From Opitutia bacterium (GTDB lineage Bacteria; Verrucomicrobiota; Verrucomicrobiia; Opitutales; UBA953), in assembly GCA_037138415.1 (NCBI GenBank), contig JBAXIK010000001.1, forward strand, positions 1-49,995: DNA of 49,995 nucleotides, given 5' to 3'. The position numbers and the translations under genes are program-made. Of this stretch, positions 46,298 through 49,995 are shown piece by piece (position 1 is the first letter of the stretch; every line of letters starts with the position of its first letter). The notes below the pieces were generated by a model. The model saw only the letters and a list, made by a program, of their open reading frames with translations, was not told the origin of the DNA and searched no databases.

Positions 46298-47386
46298 TTA
46301 TAATTTTTTAAGCTCACTGAGGAGTCGAGCATTCTGCGCTTCAGTGCCAATGGTGAGTCGCAACCAACCAGTCATCCCATAACCCTTAAGCGGGCGGACG
46401 ATGACACCGACTTTCTGTAATTTGATGAATACTTCTTCGGCATTAGGAATTTGCGTGGCTAGAAAGTTCGCTTTGCCGTCGATATATTTAAAACCCAATG
46501 CTTTGAGCCCTTGGCTCATTTGGTTAATGCCCTCAGCGTTGATTTTCTTGCTCTGGTTTAGAAACTCTTGGTCATCCAGAGCAGCTTCTGCGGCTGCCAA
46601 TGCTGGTAAGTTAACATTAAACGGTTGGCGAACACGATTGAGTATTCCGCAAACTTCGCTCGAGCCCATAAGATAGCCAACGCGGAGTCCAGCTAGGCCA
46701 TAAGCTTTGGAGAAAGTGCGAGTGACTACGATTTTGCGGCCAGCATTGATCAGTTCGCGCAAGTCTGCGGATGAATCAAGATACTCAGTATAAGCTTCAT
46801 CTAAACAAAAGATAACGTGGTCGGGTAGTGATTTCGCTAAATCAACAATGTCTTGTGGATTGTCCGTTCCGCCTGTGGGATTGTTGGGACTAGCCAAAAA
46901 CAGAATACGCGTTTTATCGGTAACCGCTGCACGCATTGCTTTCATGTCGTGACAGAAGTTAGGCATGGGCACTTCGACGGGCGTAGCGCCTTGCATGAGG
47001 GTTGCTAATTTGTAGACGACGAAAGCTTGAGATCCAAAAATAACTTCATTGCCAGGTCGCAAGAATGCTTGAGCCAAAAGTATCATCACTTCATTGGAGC
47101 CATTACCGATGACAAATTGGTTAGGCTGCATGGACCAAACTTTCGCAAGTTTTTCGCGTAAAAATGTGGAGCTACCATCTGGATAGAGGTGCGCTGAATC
47201 TAAAGCCTTTTTGGCCGCAGCTAATCCGAGGGGCGATGGACCTAACGGATTTTCATTCGAAGCCAACTTGATGACCGAACTGGGATCGAGACCAAATTCC
47301 CGTGCCACCACTTCAATAGGACGCCCAGCCTCGTAGACCGGCTGAGAGAGCACCTGATGATTGGCCAATTCGGAATAGGTCGGCAT
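46298..47386 (-). CDS. hisC: Histidinol-phosphate aminotransferase
   Basis: Contains KLASNENPLGPSP and the PLP-lysine region RTFSKAYGLAGLRVGY. The ATG at 47386 gives a canonical 362 aa. The track's start at 47554 would overlap the divergent gene. Confidence 0.9.
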   Translation of the reverse strand: MPTYSELANHQVLSQPVYEAGRPIEVVAREFGLDPSSVIKLASNENPLGPSPLGLAAAKKALDSAHLYPDGSSTFLREKLAKVWSMQPNQFVIGNGSNEVMILLAQAFLRPGNEVIFGSQAFVVYKLATLMQGATPVEVPMPNFCHDMKAMRAAVTDKTRILFLASPNNPTGGTDNPQDIVDLAKSLPDHVIFCLDEAYTEYLDSSADLRELINAGRKIVVTRTFSKAYGLAGLRVGYLMGSSEVCGILNRVRQPFNVNLPALAAAEAALDDQEFLNQSKKINAEGINQMSQGLKALGFKYIDGKANFLATQIPNAEEVFIKLQKVGVIVRPLKGYGMTGWLRLTIGTEAQNARLLSELKKL

Positions 47387-47479
47387 AAAGTATGAAATTA
47401 AACCGTCCTTGGCAATTTGGCAAGCGTCGGAACGCCCTCCCCGCTTGCTTAAATCAGATTTTTTATATTTGTTCGAAGG

Positions 47480-48445
47480 ATGCGAATTATCGTTACAGGA
47501 GCCACCGGTTTTCTTGGCCGGGCTGTAGTCGAGGCCGCCCAACGCCGGGGGCATGATGTTTTAGCAATCGGTGGAAAGAACACTCTCTATCTCAGTGAGC
47601 CCGTCCGTTTTTTACAGATGAATCTTTGTGATGATGTAAAACTAGAATCCCTCATCCTCGAAGAATTTCCCCAGGCAGTGATTAATTGCGCAGGCTTAAC
47701 CAAGGTTAATGACTGCGAATCTAATAAAGAATTAGCTACAGGGTTAAATGAGCATTTACCCAAAAAATTAGCACAACTTTCTTTTCACGTCGGCGGTAAA
47801 CTTATCCATTTTTCTACAGATATGGTTTTTGACGGGAAGTCTGGTAAATACGGTCACACCGATCAGCCCCGACCACTCAACACTTATGCTGCAACTAAAG
47901 CTGCAGGCGAAGTCGCCGTATTGAATTATGGTCGAGAGCATTCGGCAGTCGTCCGAACGTCTGTTCTTAATGGCAATTCCTTCACCGGACAATTCTCACT
48001 GCATGAGCGACTTTTTCATGAGTGGGCTGCGGGTAAGGTAAGTTCGCTTTTTACCGATGAGATTCGTCAACCTGTCTCTTATAGTAATCTTGCTGATGTT
48101 GCAGTTGAGTTATGTGAAAGAACTACGCTCAATGGTGTTTATCACTGGGCTGGATTAGATGCACTCAGTCGTTATTCAATCGGTCAGAAAATTGCTGAGC
48201 ACTTCGGTTTGAAATCAGAAAAATTATTAAAGCCAGTGACTCGGGAAAATATTACAGATGACCCCCTCCGCCCTCGTGACCTCAGCTTATTACTCCACCC
48301 CTTGGCTGGTAAACTTCGGACCCCGGCACAGACATTTATTGACCAATTAGGCGAATTACGCGTGCCCCGAGGCTGTGAAGACTGGTATGAGAAGGAAACT
48401 GGTCGAAAGGTAGTGCGTCTACTCCAAAAGTCGTTAGATTATTAA
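47480..48445 (+). CDS. RmlD-like NAD(P)-dependent SDR (dTDP-4-dehydrorhamnose reductase family fold)
   Basis: Rossmann motif IVTGATGFLG, then FSTDMVFDG and the catalytic YAATKAAGE. No rmlABC genes are nearby, so substrate specificity is uncertain. Confidence 0.65.
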   Translation: MRIIVTGATGFLGRAVVEAAQRRGHDVLAIGGKNTLYLSEPVRFLQMNLCDDVKLESLILEEFPQAVINCAGLTKVNDCESNKELATGLNEHLPKKLAQLSFHVGGKLIHFSTDMVFDGKSGKYGHTDQPRPLNTYAATKAAGEVAVLNYGREHSAVVRTSVLNGNSFTGQFSLHERLFHEWAAGKVSSLFTDEIRQPVSYSNLADVAVELCERTTLNGVYHWAGLDALSRYSIGQKIAEHFGLKSEKLLKPVTRENITDDPLRPRDLSLLLHPLAGKLRTPAQTFIDQLGELRVPRGCEDWYEKETGRKVVRLLQKSLDY

Positions 48446-48446
48446 T

Positions 48447-49154
48447 ATGGATGTACTACCTCGCGAATGGTGCACTGCCGTAACTAATATGTCGGCCAAT
48501 CTTTTGTTGCTCGATCATTATCCGCACCCGAAAAATATTCGCTATCGTCCCTTTGCTTGGTCGGAACCCGCTTACACTTTTGGTGTTTCCCAAGACTGGA
48601 AAAAATATCGCGCCGTGGTACCTCCACAAATGGCACTGATTCGTCGTTCAACCGGTGGTGGTCTAGTTTCGCACATGGAGGATTGGACATTTGCCATCGT
48701 CATTCCCACCGAGCACCCGCTGTACAAATCGGGTACACAAGAAGCGTATGAAACCGTGCATCAAGCACTTCTCGAATGTCTCTTGGCTCAAAAACTGAAA
48801 GTTAAATTAGTTCCGCTACCCAGTACTGAACGAGAATTCAAAGCGCCCGATCAATGTGAACACCACGCCGAGCCGCATGACTTAGTTTTAGTGGAGGATA
48901 ATCGTAAAGTCGCAGGAGCCGCCCAAAAACGTAATAGAAACGGTATCTTAATCGAAGGTTACATTTCTCGCACGCTCTTGGCGGGTTGCGACTGGGAACG
49001 CTTCGCTGAAGATTTTCCGAAAGTGCTCGGCAAAGCGCTCAAGAGTGAGCCGGTCAATGTCCACTCTCCCGTTTACGATCAATCACACTACGAAGGTTGT
49101 TGGGCTAAGTTTAATTCGTGCAGTTGGAATGAGCACCGCGACTTACCCGAATAA
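48447..49154 (+). CDS. Biotin/lipoate A/B protein ligase family protein (LplA/LipB-like catalytic domain only)
   Basis: Contains [11 protein letters not shown] and the lysine motif [10 protein letters not shown], both typical of the BPL_LplA_LipB domain. Length is 235 aa, with no C-terminal LplA accessory domain. Confidence 0.65.
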   Translation: MDVLPREWCTAVTNMSANLLLLDHYPHPKNIRYRPFAWSEPAYTFGVSQDWKKYRAVVPPQMALIRRSTGGGLVSHMEDWTFAIVIPTEHPLYKSGTQEAYETVHQALLECLLAQKLKVKLVPLPSTEREFKAPDQCEHHAEPHDLVLVEDNRKVAGAAQKRNRNGILIEGYISRTLLAGCDWERFAEDFPKVLGKALKSEPVNVHSPVYDQSHYEGCWAKFNSCSWNEHRDLPE

Positions 49155-49995
49155 ATCTAACTCGGGTCCTTGATGCTTTTTCTCGGACGGACTTTTGGCT
49201 GCAGGAGTTTCTGTTTTCTTTTTCAGTACTTTAACAGGTACGGCAAGTTCACTGACATCCGCCGTTTGGACGACTTGTTTATTAGGCAAACCTCCGCCGG
49301 TTTCTAAACCCGATAAAATTTCCCGGGCGCGTGAGACAACACCGGGTGGCATTCCCGCTAATCGAGCGACTTGGATACCATACGAACGATCCGCTGCGCC
49401 GGGAACGACTCGTCGGATAAAGACAATTTCATCCTGCCACTCTTTGACCGCTACCGACCAGTTACGTAAACGCGTGAGCGATGAGGCTAACTGAGTTAAT
49501 TCATGATAGTGAGTGGCAAAGAGCGTGCTCGGTCCGGCATGCTCTTTGCCGTGTAAGTGTTCAGCTACGGCCCAGGCGATGCTGATGCCATCATAGGTGC
49601 TCGTGCCGCGACCGATTTCATCTAAAACAACCAAAGACTTCACCGTGGCATTATTTAAAATATTAGCCGTCTCATTCATCTCTACCATGAATGTAGAATT
49701 ACCACGGGCCAATTCATCGGAAGCACCGACCCGACAGAAAACCCTGTCGACTAATCCAATGTGTGCCTCCGTTGCAGGTACCCAGCATCCAATATGAGCC
49801 AGCAAGACAATCAGTGCGACTTGTCTGATGTAGGTCGACTTACCTGCCATGTTTGGGCCGGTGATTAGCGCGATTTGTTCTTTGCTCGATTGGAGATTGG
49901 TATCGTTGGGCACGAATGAACCTGCACCTGGTTTATTTTGTAAAACGCGTTCAATGACTGGGTGGCGTCCTTGTGTGATTTTGATAACATCGGAA
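49143..49995 (-). CDS. mutS: DNA mismatch repair protein MutS, C-terminal part (N-terminus lies beyond the right window edge)
   Basis: The minus-strand frame stays open to the window edge ([15 protein letters not shown]...). It has Walker [10 protein letters not shown], the MutS signature [19 protein letters not shown] and FATHYHEL. The track ORF starts at an internal GTG. Confidence 0.93.
   Translation of the reverse strand, partial: SDVIKITQGRHPVIERVLQNKPGAGSFVPNDTNLQSSKEQIALITGPNMAGKSTYIRQVALIVLLAHIGCWVPATEAHIGLVDRVFCRVGASDELARGNSTFMVEMNETANILNNATVKSLVVLDEIGRGTSTYDGISIAWAVAEHLHGKEHAGPSTLFATHYHELTQLASSLTRLRNWSVAVKEWQDEIVFIRRVVPGAADRSYGIQVARLAGMPPGVVSRAREILSGLETGGGLPNKQVVQTADVSELAVPVKVLKKKTETPAAKSPSEKKHQGPELDLFG

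Noticed and set aside
47387-47554. Long N-terminal extension of hisC given by the track (start at 47554)
   Set aside because: The extension is non-conserved and low complexity, and it would overlap the divergent RmlD-like gene by 75 nt. The ATG at 47386 gives the canonical HisC N-terminus.

Overview
This is a densely coding stretch of bacterial chromosome: about 48 protein genes, 2 tRNAs, and most intergenic gaps under 110 nt. It looks mainly housekeeping. Gene content suggests a PVC-superphylum (Verrucomicrobiota-like) organism, but that is inference only: a small PVC-type conserved protein, a DUF721/DciA-like domain, mostly Shine-Dalgarno-poor starts, and a full peptidoglycan/rod-shape gene set.

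From left to right the window holds:
- speA (5' part), a SMUG1-type uracil-DNA glycosylase coupled to a SAM methyltransferase, an ABC-F ATPase and an MFS transporter.
- glmM, a GlmU-acetyltransferase-like hexapeptide protein, and glmS.
- A Cys-rich mini-protein, two tandem tRNA-Lys genes, a SpoU/TrmH methyltransferase and asd.
- A signal-less YkuD protein, mrdA-mreD-mreC-mreB, uppP, trpB, yicC, HU/IHF, hisS, murJ and an AmiD-like amidase.
- A 9-gene deoxyhexose operon: DeoR regulator, FucI-superfamily isomerase, stand-alone RhaE-like aldolase, rhaB, rhaEW and lutABC.
- A 589-aa orphan, then metG, menF, dtd, hisF, a CNNM/CorC protein, nadB-panE and a lipoprotein.
- A HAD-DUF721 fusion, a small conserved protein, hisC, an RmlD-like SDR, an LplA-family protein and mutS (3' part).

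I found no CRISPR array, transposase, integrase, prophage or recognisable defence module. The best candidates for something undescribed are the non-canonical deoxyhexose operon with its adjacent orphan and the HAD-DUF721 fusion. Both are modest, and all family assignments come from motif recognition by eye, not database searches.
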